From Ranitomeya imitator (Eukaryota): a stretch of 64,000 nucleotides of DNA. The notes under the pieces were generated by a model. It saw only the letters and a list, made by a program, of their open reading frames with translations. It did not search any database and was not told where the DNA came from. A program made the position numbers and the translations under genes. Positions 46,748 to 59,558 of the stretch are shown here, piece by piece (position 1 is the first letter of the stretch; the number at the start of each line of letters is the position of its first letter). The DNA lies in assembly GCF_032444005.1 (NCBI RefSeq), contig NC_091287.1:536858001-536922000 (forward strand), in the 5' to 3' direction.

Positions 46748-48065
46748 CAAGAATATAACTACTATAATACTGCTCCTATGTACAAGAATATAACTACTAT
46801 AATACTGCTCCTATGTACAAGAATATAACTAGGAGCTGTATTATAGTAGTTATATTATTGTACATAGGAGAAGTATTATAGTAGTTATATTCTTGTACAT
46901 AGGAGCAGTATTATAGTAGTTATATTCTTGTACATAGGAGAAGTATTATAGTAGTTATATTCTTGTACATAGGAGCAGTATTATAATAGTTATATTCTTG
47001 TACATAGGGACCAGTATTATAGTAGTTATATTCTTGTACATAGTAGCAGTATTATAGTAGTTATATTCTTGTACATAAGAGCAGTATTATAGTAGTTATA
47101 TTCAGATACATAGGAGCAGTATTATAGTAGTTATATTCTTGTACATAGGAGCAGTATTATAGTAGTTATATTCTTGTACATAAGAGTAGTATTATAGTAG
47201 TTATATTCAGATACATAGGAGCAGTATTATAGTAGTTATATTCTTGTACATAAGAGCAGTATTATAGTAGTTATATTCTTGTACATAGGGGCAGTATTAT
47301 AGTAGTTATATTCTTGTACATAGGGGCAGTATTATAGTTGGTATATTTTTGTATATAGGAGCAGTATTATAGTAGTTATATTCTTGTACATAGGAGCAGT
47401 ATTATAGTAGTTATATTCTTGTACATAGGGGCAGTATTATAGTAGTTATATTCTTGTACATAGGGGCAGTATTATAGTAGTTATATTCTTGTATATAGGA
47501 GCAGTATTATAGTAGTTATATTCTTGTACATAGGAGCAGTATTATAGTAGTTATATTCTTGTACATAGGAGCAGTATTATAGTAGTTATATTCTTGTACA
47601 TAGGAGCTGTATTATAGTAGTTATATTCTTGTACATAGGAGCAGTATTATAGTAGTTATATTCTTGTACATAGGGGCAGTATTATAGTAGTTATATTCTT
47701 GTACATAGGGGCAGTATTATAGTAGTTATATTCTTGTATATAGGAGCAGTATTATAGTAGTTATATTCTTGTACATAGGAGCAGTATTATAGTAGTTATA
47801 TTCTTGTACATAGGAGCAGTATTATAGTAGTTATATTCTTGTATATAGGAGCAGTATTATAGTAGTTATATTCTTGTACATAGGGGGCAGTATTATAGTA
47901 GTTATATTCTTGTACATAGGAGGCAGTATTATAGTAGTTATATTCTTGTACATAGGAGCAGTATTATAGTAGTTATATTCTTGTATATAGGGGCAGTATT
48001 ATAGTAGTTATATTCTTGTACATAGGAACAGTATTATAGTAGTTATATTCCTGTACATAGGTAAT
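46748..48065. repeat. 35-bp minisatellite with an orientation switch at 46830/46831
   Basis: About 2.4 copies of aagaatataactactataatactgctcctatgtac, then about 35 copies of the reverse complement aggagcagtattatagtagttatattcttgtacat. Confidence 0.95.
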
Positions 48066-48819
48066 AGTATAGTATACATTGGCCTAAGAACAGAGAGGAG
48101 CTCTGAGGAGATTGCCTGAAGACAGAGAGGAGCACTGAAAAGATGACCTGAGAGTAGAGAAAATCACAGAGAAGATGGCCTGCGGCAAGAGAGAGCACTG
48201 AGGAGGCAGCCTGAGGACAGAGAATAGCCTCCAGGAGATGGTCTGAGAACAGAGAGGATTACTGAAAAGATGGCCTGAAAGAAGAGAGGAGCAATGAGGA
48301 TAAAACCTGAGCGTGGATTGATAGGACCATGAATTTAGGAGTCAAATGTGATGAACACCTGGACAAAAAGTTGACACAGCCCATTAAAGTCACTGGGGAC
48401 AGTCGGGATCTGCTGTGCATTCAATGACAAATTCGTCTTCAGCTGCTTTGCATTGTTCTGCTCCTATAATGGACTGGAGAATAACAAGGTTTAGTAGTAG
48501 TGTGAACAAATGCTTCAAAGGTTGGTTCATCACTTTCTAAACTTTTCTTAATGAGGCCAAGTGAAAATGAAATGGTGGCTGTGGTTATGGGCTGCACTCT
48601 GCGTGAAACATATTCTGTCCCTTTTCTCATCCTAAAAAAGTTGCTACATATACAAGCATAAAAGTAAAAAGAAAAAAACACCCCCAAAGGGGTCCATAAT
48701 TTTCCTTTACCGTCCTCTATACTGTCAAAATAAATCGTCAGACCCTATGGCTAAGGCAATGTTGAAATGTCACGCATCTTGAAAATTGTGATGTGTCATT
48801 TTTAGAATGCGATAACATG

Positions 48820-49800
48820 AGCTGATCTGGAATATGCACTTCAGTTCTGGGGGCATGAGATCATAGTCAGGAAACCCCTGGAACTAAAAAAAAAAAAAAG
48901 ACACACAGAAGAACCACAAAACTGATAAGGGGAAGAAGGACCTTCCTTATGAGGAAAGACTAAGAGAATTACATTTATTTAGTCTTGAGAAGAGACGTCT
49001 AAGGGGAACATTTGCTTGTACAAGTGCATAAATGTACCTTACAAAAAATATTGTCAAAAGAAATGATTCGAATTTGCCAAACCACATGGATTTTGGTGGG
49101 AAATTCAATTTTTAGTGAAGTTATTCTTGGCGTTTTCAATGTTCCTTATTACACTCTGGGGTCTCTCCAAACCTTAGAACATAAACATAATACGCAATTC
49201 CCCTTTTGCAGCCACCGTGTTGGTCATCATCCGGTCCTCAGAGCATCTAATTTACGCTGTCACGGGTTGCATCTCCTGTGACTTTACTCTAAAGCAGAAC
49301 TTCTGGCCACAGCAAGGTTGCGAACGTTTGTAAGATAGCAACGTGATGACGTCAAGACTTGTGTCGCAACCTTAAGATTCCCGGTGACTGCTGAGTTTTG
49401 GGCACAGCCGGAAACCCCATTCTAAAGTGAAGACATCGGAGATGATGAACTGAAAGAGGCTGTGAGAACAGCATTGTAGGCAACGATTAGGTGGACGGGT
49501 GGAGAGGTGAGTGGTGAGGTATTAGGTCTTGGCTTTTCTTTTAACAATTTGCCAACTTTTTATGGTTCAGGCTGACGTTTGTTCAATCTGTATGGAGTGA
49601 TATACAAAAAAAGTCAAAAGTTGTTTCATGTAGAACTCTGTTAAAAGAAAATGGGACACTCCTTCCTCCTGGAGAAAGAAAGGTTCAATCTCCAGAGGAG
49701 ACAAGTCTTCTTAACCATAAATAGTATTAATCTGTGGAAAATTCAATCTCAGGAGTTCGTGACACTGGTAACTGTCGATGGTTTGAAAACTCAGGAGATT
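48820..49800 (+). mobile_element. Decayed CR1 ORF2 3' fragments
   Basis: LEYALQFW (about 48825), YEERLRELHLFSLEKRRLRG (about 48950-49010) and LEKERFNLQRRQVF (about 49670). Confidence 0.7.
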
Positions 49801-50027
49801 AATATTATTGTGTGGACAAATTATTCAAAAAAAAGACAAAAATGCAACATTTTGCAAGAAATATATTTATTCCACTGTATTTACTTGGCTACCCTTAATA
49901 TTATTGTGTCTTGTAATAAATTTTATTAGGGTCAAGACTTGGTTATACTTTCACCAATGGCTTTAGTAGAAGAATTAGGACTGATCAATATACAGTTTAA
50001 ATAGACATCAACCCAAGGCTTTCATGC

Positions 50028-51337
50028 TGTCACAAGTGAGTCAGGTCCCCCTGTGGTATCTGTGGTAGGCGATCATTGTGTACTGTGAATCACAGGCCTT
50101 CCTTTTAGCCTGTGTGTTTTGCTCCCCATATTAAATGGACTTTGTTTCCTTTGGTGCTGAAAAGGTTAACGACTGTTTCTATGCTAGTTGGAGAAATGCA
50201 GCTCCATCTCACAGATGCCCCTGACCTGCTGGTTTTCTCTCTCTACAAAACCTGGCCAGACTTTCTCATTCTCATCCCTGAAGCTTTACTTCCTGGCTTG
50301 CTGGAGTTGGTGTGCTGAAGTTGGAGTTCGTAGTTGCTGCTGGAGATTGTTATTTGCCGTTTTCGGGTGTTTGCTTTCTCCATTATCCAGTTCCCATTTG
50401 GTTTCTACCTTCCTATCCTTCCCTTGATTACTGTCTCCACTCGGTGAGTGTTTTTGTATGTAAGTTGCTTTTGGTTAGACCTGTTAGTCTTATGTGTATT
50501 TACACTAACATATCTGTCCCAGGCTTCCTGGGGGAGGGGACAGCTTAGGACATTAACAAGAGCATAGTAAGGTCAGAGACTGAGGCCTCTGTAGCCTTAA
50601 AGGGAACCTGTCACCCCGAAAATCGCGGGTGAGGTAAGCCCACCGGCATCAGGGGCTTATCTGCAGCATTCTATAATGCTGTAGATAAGCCCCCGATGTT
50701 ACCTGAAAAAGGAGAAAAAGACGTTATATTATACTCACCCAGGGGCGGTCCCGCTGCTGGTCAGGTCAAATGGGCGTCTCCGGTCCGCTGCGGCTCCCCC
50801 CATCTTCATTACAAGACGTCCTCTTCTGATCTTCAGCCACGGCTCCGGCTCCGGCGTACTTTGCTCTGCCCTGTTGAGGGCAGACAATGTACTGCAGTGA
50901 GCAGGCGCCGGGCCTCTGACCTTTCCGGCGCCTGCGCACTGCAGTACTATCTTCTGCCCTCAAGAGGGCAGAGCAAAGTACGCCTGCGCCGGAGCTGAAG
51001 ATCAGAAGAGGACATCTTGTAATGAAGATGGGAGGCACCGCAGCAGACCAGAGACGCCCATCTGACCTGACCAGCAGCGGGACCGCCCCTGGGTGAGTAT
51101 AATATAACGTCTTTTTCTCCTTTTTCAGGTAACATCGGGGGCTTATCTACAGCAGTACAGAATGCTGCAGATAAGCCCCTGATGCCGGTGGGCTTACCTC
51201 ACCCGCGATTTTCGGGGTGACAGGTTCCCTTTAAGAGTCTTAACCCCCCCCCCCCTCCCTGGGACAAGGATATTTAGGGTCCCAGTCCAGGGACAGTTTG
51301 AGGCCCCCTTCCTTACAGAAGACATCATAGCGTGACA
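50028..51337. mobile_element. Solo LTR interrupted by a Kolobok MITE
   Basis: TGTCAC...CGTGACA termini; 5-bp TSD catgc/cttgc (one mismatch). Confidence 0.75.
50601..51230. mobile_element. Kolobok/T2-family palindromic MITE (630 bp)
   Basis: TIR AGGGAACCTGTCACCCCGAAAATCGCGGGTGAGG; TTAA TSD at 50597-600 and 51231-34; near-perfect foldback over its whole length. Confidence 0.92.
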
Positions 51338-52361
51338 CTTGCAGATCGTATCCATGCCTATGCGTATGAAAGACAGATTAGTTTCCACCCCAAAGTGGTG
51401 ACTGTCCAGGGAAATGGTCCTGGTAGTTTTACATGAACATAAAAGAGCTGTGGAACCTAAATAAATTATAGCCGTTTGTCACATTGTCTTAACATTCTAT
51501 GATCCAGGTGCACATCGGTTTATATTCTTATTGATCTGACCTGATCCCCGAGTTAGGACGAACCACTGCTCTTAATCCTGTATTATTTAGCCCCACTGTG
51601 AAAAAAGTTTAGACGCAAAAAAAAAATAATATTTTCAGGGCTTATCCGAGCACATTTATGTTGTTTTCTATCTTTTAATCTTGATCCTTCTTTCTGCTAG
51701 CTTTGCTATAAGCAGGAGGATTACGAGGGAAAAAAATAGGCCAGTGAATTCCTATTTCTGTTTGTTTTAAAATTGGAATTATTGCTCTGCGAGGTTACAA
51801 TGATAATTCTGTAGTTTATCTAAACAATAGAGATGATTGAGAACTAAAATGCTCGGGTGCTCGTTGCTCGAACCAAGCAATTTCTAATACTCGGATTCTT
51901 GTTTCGAGTGACGAGTGTAATGGGAGCCAATGGGAAATCCGAGCTTTTTTTTCCGGCAGACCCTACAAGGTAGTCTAGGGGGGAAGTGAAAATGTTCAGA
52001 TGGATGTGAAAAGTGTTGAATGGAAGGAGAACAGCATGGGGAAGACCCCTGGACGAATCTCTGACCCCCAGATCGCTGATGAGAACAATGGGGTCACTCT
52101 TTTACTCCACTTTAAGGTCAGACAATAAAACTTTCCAAACTGACGAGAATTTGCATTTTACAGGAAAAAAAATTTAAAATATTTTTTCCTGTTTAGTGAC
52201 TTGTATCAGGCAAAACGTAAAAAGGATATAAAGAAAATATATAATTTGAGTAAACCAAAATTGATTTTTTATTAAAAATAGGAAATTTCAGAGTAATTTA
52301 TGAAGGGAGCAAAAACTGTCAAAAATTACATGGAAGAGGGACTCAGATACACCCTGTATTA

Positions 52362-53349
52362 GGCCAGTCTCACACGTCCAGATAATTCCGGTACAGGAAA
52401 AATCGGTACCGGAATTATCTGTGTCCGTGTGCTGGTGCGTTTCTGTGGCACATCAGTGTGGCACACGTGCGGCACACGTGTGCCCACTGGGTACCACACG
52501 CACCGTGCTGGGTACCACACGTACCAGCATCTGGTGCTGAAGCCCCATTCATATCTTCCCTGCAGCAGCGTTTGCTGTAGAGAAGATATGAATAATTGTG
52601 TTTAAAATAAAGATCTATGTGCCAACCCCCGCCCTCCCACCCCCTGTGCGCCCCCCCTCCCCGCTGTTCTGAAAATACTCACCCGGCTCCCTCGCCGGCG
52701 CTGCTTCCTGTTCTGGCCGCATCTTCTGTATGCGGTCACTTGGGGCCGCTCATTTACAGTAATGAATATGCGGCTCCACCCCTATGGGAGGTGGAGCCGC
52801 ATATTCATGACTGTAATCGGCGGCACCACGTGACCGCTGATACAGTAGAAGATGCGGCCAGAACAGGAAGCAGCGCCGGCGAGGGAGCGAGGCGGGTGAG
52901 TATTTTCAGAACAGCGGGGGGGCGCACAGGGGGTGGGGGGGCGCACAGGTGGGGCTCATAGATCTTTATTTTAAACACAATTATTAATATCTTCTCTACA
53001 GCAAACGCTGCTGCACAGAAGATATGAATCGCGGCTTCAGCACCAGTGGGGGGGGACAGCGCTTAATGTAGCGCTGTCTCCTGCACGGCACACTGACTGC
53101 ACATGGACAATGTCCGTGTGCGGTACGTGTTTTACACGGACCCATTGACTTTAATGGGTCCGTGTAATCCGTGCGCTCCCACGAACACTGACATGTCTCC
53201 GTGTTTGGCACACGGAGACACGGTCTGCAAAAAATCAATGACATCTGCACAGATGCATTGATTTTAATGTGTCTACGTGTGTCAGTGGCTCCGGTACGTG
53301 AGGAAACTGTCACCTCACGTACCGGAGCCACTGACGTGTGAAACCGGCC
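52362..53349. mobile_element. PIF/Harbinger-type element, inverted relative to 26722-27742
   Basis: GGCCAGTCTCACACGTC...GACGTGTGAAACCGGCC termini; TTA TSD at 52359-61 and 53350-52. Confidence 0.9.
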
Positions 53350-53504
53350 TTAGACATACAGGAGGGTCTCATACACATTTTGGTCACATTTTCATGTATT
53401 GGGCTAATAGACTCATAAAGGCTATGCACTTTTGAGGGTCACATACCAAGGAAATGTTCTCCAGACACGGAACAGTCTATGGGTGAGCAATATATTACCG
53501 ATAA

Positions 53505-53865
53505 GGGAATGTGCACACATTCAGCAAAAATTTCTGTACCATTTCTGCATCTTCTGGCAGGAGAAACGCAGCTGCAAAAATTAATATTTTTGCCACGTTT
53601 TAGGTGTTTTTCTGCCTACGTTTTTGATTGATCTGAGTGAAATCAATGGTGAATAAGACAGAGCACAGAGAATTAACACAAAACAAATGATTTTCTGCAC
53701 CTAATCTGCAAGTCAAAAATACTCAACGCGTGCATAACACTTCAGGTTTCTAATTCTGTTTGTTGGCATCAGTTTTTGTTTCAAGTTTTGTCACAAAACC
53801 GCACCGAAAAAATTCTACAAAAATACAACAAAAACGCACCAAATCTGCAACGTGTGCACACAGCC
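53505..53865. mobile_element. Older PIF/Harbinger-type MITE
   Basis: GGGAATGTGCACAC...GTGTGCACACAGCC termini; TAA TSD at 53502-04 and 53866-68. Confidence 0.75.
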
Positions 53866-55360
53866 TAAATTTTTTACCAAGTTTTCTGAGACTTATATAG
53901 CAATGAATTGTACTCCAGGCCACGGAATAGTCTATGGATGAGCAATACAATACCAATTATTTTTTAACACGTTTTTTGAGGGTTATATACCAATGAAATG
54001 TACTCCAGACCACGGAAAAGTTTATGGGTGATCAATATAATAACAATACATTTTTGAATACATTTTTTCAACCTTTTATACCAACGAAATGAACATAAGA
54101 AGATGTGATACCCTATGGGCGAGCAATATATTATCGATACATTTTTTAACATGTTTGTTGAGGCTTATATAGCAACGAAATGTACCCAAGAAGATGTAAT
54201 ACCCTATCGGTGAGCAATATAATGCCAATACATTTTGAACAAGTTTTTTGAAGGTTATATACCAAGGAAATGTGCTCAAGAACTTGAAATGCTGTATGGC
54301 AGAGAAATGTTCACAGACCATATAACATTTTATGGCTGAGAAATGGAAGCCTACAAAATTTTTAAAAGCATTTTTCCAGTGTTAGGGATCACAGAAATGT
54401 TCACAGCCCAAGTAACACTATATGGCTGAGAAATGGATGCCTACAATATTTTTAAAATCTTTTTCTCAATTTTAAAGATCATAGAAATGTACTCCACAGT
54501 CCACACTATGGAATACTGTATGGCTGAGAAATGTAGCCCAGGAAAATGATTTTTGGGTGTGTTATTTAACACAAAAATGGACATCAAAGCACATAATACT
54601 TGAGGGATCAAAATATATTTAATTTTTTCATCCCCCACAAAATAAGCTGCAGCTATATATTTGCCAACAGACTGCACAGGCCTAATCCCTGTCTGCAGAC
54701 TGGATTCTGTCAGTCTCCCTGCTCCTACGACTCTCTCCATCCCATGGCTAAATGCAGATCATATGTGATACAAACAGCAAAGCAAACAATTAGCTCTTAG
54801 AAGGGCTGTTGGCTCAGCTTCAACACCAGTATCAACACTACAGGCCTCTGATTTGTTATACTGTGCACACAGGCCTGGACAAGCAGTCTCTCCATCCAAT
54901 ACAAAGTGTCACAGAGTTGTGCAATGACGCCAGGGTGCCGAGCCAGGCCGTGCCTGTCCTTTTATAATCGCTGATGATGTCAGAAGGTCTGCCAATCACA
55001 GTAATGCCACAACCAAGATGACTACAGCATTACAATGACTCTCAGGCAATCCCTGCCTGCTTATTGGCTGCGAAACAAGAGCCAAAGATGTGAGCGGGGA
55101 TTCAAGTTTGAAGTAGACCACTGCCCTTTGCTTGCCGAGTAAGGAACACATCCGAGCACAGTGATGCTGAACTGATAACCAAGTATCACTGAGCACGCTC
55201 GCTCATCCCTACTAAACAAGCCTTAGTTATGGGTAAAATGAAGTCAAGATGAGAAAATTGCCAAAAATACAGTTTGCAATTATATAGCACCTGGAAACTA
55301 AATTAGTGTAATTGTTTCAGGTGGGAAGCAAAAATTATCATGTTCTAATATCAAACTGTT

Positions 55361-56472
55361 TGTGACAACACAGCATTTAATCTTAGTTATGCCAAATGTA
55401 AATTCAGTAGGCCCAGAGATATAGGCTATTGTCTGAAAGTTGACCCGGGAATTTGTGTTTCTTTCTTTGGTTGGTCAAGAAGCAGAGACTACTGTTTGTA
55501 TGAGTCTTTTAAGTTGGCTTTTGAGTTGATGCTTGTTTTAACTTATTGTTTGTTATCTCTGCAAGACAGGGATGCAACGTCATTGAACAATTGATGTTTG
55601 ATAATTTGTTGATTGATCATTGTGTGGGACCCTGTGGCTTGTTGACTTGCATAACAGAAAAGGACGATCTATGCAGATTGATTAAATACTCAAAAAATGA
55701 GAGTTGAACTCATCCCATCTTCCCCCTGACCTCTGGATGATAACCTGAACCACAGAAGTGGGTATAAAAAGGGATTTTTTTTAATCCTTCTGAGATGATA
55801 GTGGACTCTAAAAAACCAAAGCCAGAAACACTCTACAGGACAGCAGCCAAGACATTATGGCTCCATCACTAGGGACACAGATTTTACATGCTTCAGGATG
55901 CCAGTTTAGGCCTGGCTTAAAGAATACACATCTGCTCCATTGACCATCACTGAACCCATGGATACATTTGTGGAAGCCAGGATTTGGACCCACTGGTCAC
56001 CTGAGCCCCATGGATGCATTTGTTGAAGCTAGGTTGGGACTCACCGGTCACCTGACCCCATGGAGACATTCGAAGAAGCCAGGTTGTGACCCTCCGGTCA
56101 CCTGGCCTTGCACCTCAATGGACTGTCAGCTTCCTAAACTTGGCATTTCCTTTTCTCTGTGTGTGCCATAGGTGGGGTAGTTGGCCATGGAAGCTCCGCA
56201 GTCGCAGCTGCTCTAATTCTGTTGAGTCAAGGGAAGGGTGAGACTCTGTAATTTTTCACAATCTTGGGTATTTTGCTGGGGCTGTTCAATATCTTACTGT
56301 CCGTTTGATGGTTCAATAAAGTATTGTCACACTGTTTTACCCTCACCCTGTGTTTTCTGAGAAGTTTTATGCCCATGGTGAAAGGAAAGCCAGCGTTCAG
56401 CGGGATGATCCTTGGTCCATGCAGTCTTGGGCCAACAGACTAAAGCACCCTCTGATCTCCCGTGTCTCCACA
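55361..56472 (+). mobile_element. Solo LTR (1112 bp)
   Basis: TGTG...CACA termini; 5-bp TSD ctgtt; TATAAAA near 55764; AATAAA near 56315; internal ~50-bp repeats at 55890-56110. Confidence 0.87.
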
Positions 56473-56869
56473 CTGTTGTAATAGCTCATATAGATGCTCA
56501 ATAGTAAAAAAAAAACATGTAAAATATCCAAGTAATAACATCAGCTATTTGTACATATAATGGTGATAGTGTTTTAGCTCAGGGGCATGACGAATGTAAT
56601 TTCTCATCCACGTATTATGACCAAATCTGGTTTATAACCTTGCATTTAGTGGTTATTATTGATTTAACTTGGAGATCTGTCCACGGAACTCTAAAATCAC
56701 CCCCTTTGCAATAGTAAAGTTTGGATAGTAATATCTCTCGAATTTCAAAGGAGTGCCTACAGGGATTGAGGACTTCGATGATTTTTCCCAAAAACTGGAT
56801 TAGCGGTTAAAAAATTTGCGCACATCTCAATAGTGTAAAACTTGTAATTGCTCGGGAACTACTCGTGGG

Positions 56870-57500
56870 GAGAGGAGATAGAGAGAACCTCACTAACCAT
56901 GAGAGCTTCCACTCTACAGGCGAGAGGGAGAGAGGACCCCACTAACTATAAAAGCTTACATTTTATAGGTGAGAGAGGGAGAGAAAGGACTCCACTGACC
57001 AAGAGAGGACCCCACTGACCATAAGCGCATATACTTCACAGAAGAGAGAAGACCTCTCTGACCATAAGAGCTTGCACTCTACAGGAGAGACAGAGACCCC
57101 TGCTGATCATAAGATCTTACACTCTACAGGAGAGAGAAAGGGAAAGCGAGGACCCCGCTAACTATAAAAGCTTACACTCTATAGGTGAGAGAGGGAGAGA
57201 AAAGACCCCGGTGACTATGAGAGAACCTTGCTGACCATAAAAGCTTACATGTCACAGGAGAGAGAGGACCTCGCTGCCCATAAAAGCTTACACTCTACAG
57301 GAGAGGACCCCATTGGCTATTAGGGCTTACACTCTATAGGGGAGAGAGAGGACCTCACTGACCATGAGAGGACCCCGCTGACCATAAGAGCTTACACTTT
57401 ACAGCAAAGAGAGGACTCTACTGTCCATAAGAGATTTCACTACTGTACCAAAAAGTGAGAGAGAGGACCCCGATGACCATAAGAGCTTACACTCTACAGA
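56870..57500. repeat. Degenerate ~45-60-bp tandem repeats
   Basis: Recurring gagaggaccccactgaccataagagcttacactctacagga. Confidence 0.75.
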
Positions 57501-57723
57501 GTGGCTTCTTCTAGCCACTAGGCTAGAAGCTTGTGCTAGAGAACCATTTATCTGACAAGTAGTGGGAGGTCTGCGGTAAATACTGTACATCATAAGAGAC
57601 ACTGAGATTGCTGTATACATCACATAAGAGACACCAGGACTGCTGTATACATCAATAAGAGACATCAGGACTGCTATATACTGTATATATACATCCCATA
57701 GGAGAAGCTGAAATTGATGTATG

Positions 57724-58906
57724 GCAAGCACAGATTGAGACCGCGCATAAGGGATAGAGTAAGATGGCTGAATACCAACTAAGAAGACATATGATGGAAA
57801 AACAAAAACCCTCGGAAGCCGTGGATACCTAAAATCAATAAATACCCTAGACAGTAAAGTCGCGACACAAAATCCAATGGAACAGGACAGCTGGTATATG
57901 CTGGTATAAGAGCAGTGCTATTAAAATGGTCCCATCAGGATGGGTGGTAAACGTACCTGTAGTCCGTGCTTATGTACATGAGAGGCCGCGGGTATACTGT
58001 GTGGGTATGAAGGTACGCAGCCGGGGTCCGGACACTACGGTGCCGGATGCAAGGTGGAATGTAGAGCTGTCAAATGGAGTGTCCGGCGTCAGGTGAGTAG
58101 ATGAAACAGTGGGTCAGCAAGTGTGGAGGTGCGCCGCACAGAGTGCAGCAGAGGGCTACGCAGAGCCAGGGAAAGCCCCGGCCGGTGGCGTCCCTGGATA
58201 TGAGCGCAAAAGATGGCCGACAAAGAACTTAGCGTGTGACGTCACAGCTGGGGAACTACGGAGCGGCACTGGGACAAGGTTGTACCAACGCGTTTCGAAG
58301 GAACAGCGTCCTTCTTCGTCAGGGTTACCCGCCCCATTAACTCCGAAGATTATAAACTAGTCCTCTGTCAATCACCCCAAGGAGACCCGCCCATCCACTC
58401 AATACAACGAGAAGACTAATACATACTCACAATGGTAACCCTTAGTATGACTACCAGAAAATGAAGCAGTGGCTACTAGAAGTGTATTATGTGTCACAGA
58501 GCAGAACTTTACAGCAAATGTGCTAAAAATGCTAAAAAAGGGGTAATTACCAAATAACAAATGGCAGTTGTAGAAAATAATGAAACTGTATCTAAAAAGT
58601 ACATAAAAAAGGAGCATGCATATATGAAGGAAAAAAAATATATATATACATGCAGGGGAAAGACCCCGACTGCGATTTTACTGTCTAGGATATTTATTGA
58701 TTTTAGGTATCCACGGCTTCCGAGGGTTTTTGTTTTTCCATCATATGTCTTCTTAGTTGGTATTCAGCCATCTTACTCTATCCCTTATGCGCGGTCTCAA
58801 TCTGTGCTTGCCATTTTTCTTTGATTCAGGTCTGACGTCCACCTGTCTTTGATTCCAGCAGCTAAGGGTATTGTTCTTGTGATTTAGCGCTAGTGTATCT
58901 ATTATA
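57724..58906 (-). mobile_element. Penelope-like (PLE) pLTR-type non-coding insertion with a terminal inversion
   Basis: 16-bp TSD ctgaaattgatgtatg at 57708-23 and 58907-22; 143-bp inverted repeat at 57721-57863 and 58672-58814; minimal hammerhead on the minus strand. Confidence 0.78.
58284..58325 (-). ncRNA. Minimal type I hammerhead ribozyme (Penelope-type)
   Basis: Minus strand ACC-CUGACGA-A-GAAGGA-CGCUGU-UCCUUC-GAAA-CGCG-U-U-GGU; palindromic stem III ACGCGU; predicted cleavage between 58287 and 58286. Confidence 0.8.
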
Positions 58907-59558
58907 CTGAAATTGATGTATGTACATCACATAAGAGAAACCGAGACTGCTGTATATACATCATATTGGAAACAATAAGACTGCTGTATACATCAAATAT
59001 GAGACAAAGAGAATGCTGTATATACATCACATAGGTGACACTGGAGCAGAGAGCTAGCAGTGCATTCTCTGGGAATATGCCAGGCCAGAATTTTACCACC
59101 CCTGGGCTTGAGGAACTGTCAGAAAAATGTGAAACACTGTCACGTCCTGCTAGACTCCTGCCACATAGTTCTTGGCACCTATCTATATATTTGCTATAAA
59201 AAAAACGAGACAAATGTGTTGGTGCGTGCTGCTCTCTACTTTATGCTGCTCTTCATGTGATAACTTTGGAATATAATTAACAACACTGTTCAACAACGAC
59301 CTTTAATGAGATCTGTGGAGCTGTCCAGGTTCTGAAATGCATGAAAACGCTGAATGCAATAAATCTTTTCCAAGATTTGTCCCTCTCAAAAAATCAACAC
59401 TGAAAAGGATTAACCTTCACATTGTTTATTCGTCGTCAGTGGTCAAGTTTGATTAACTTTCTGGGTACTGAAATAAATAGGAGCAAGATGAATGTAACAA
59501 TTCTTATCCCAACAGTGTCCTTCTCACAAAGCCACGTAAGAAGTGGATTAAACAGATT

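Larger units (their letters stand above)
51828..55211. mobile_element. Non-autonomous hAT element (3.4 kb) with two nested MITEs and internal ~120-bp degenerate repeats
   Basis: TAGAGATGA...TCATCCCTA termini; 8-bp TSD ctaaacaa at 51820-27 and 55212-19. Confidence 0.88.

Noticed and set aside
46238-46828. 196-aa ORF with NSPHAKL repeats
   Set aside because: Translation of Helitron-like subterminal tandem repeats; no Rep or helicase motifs.
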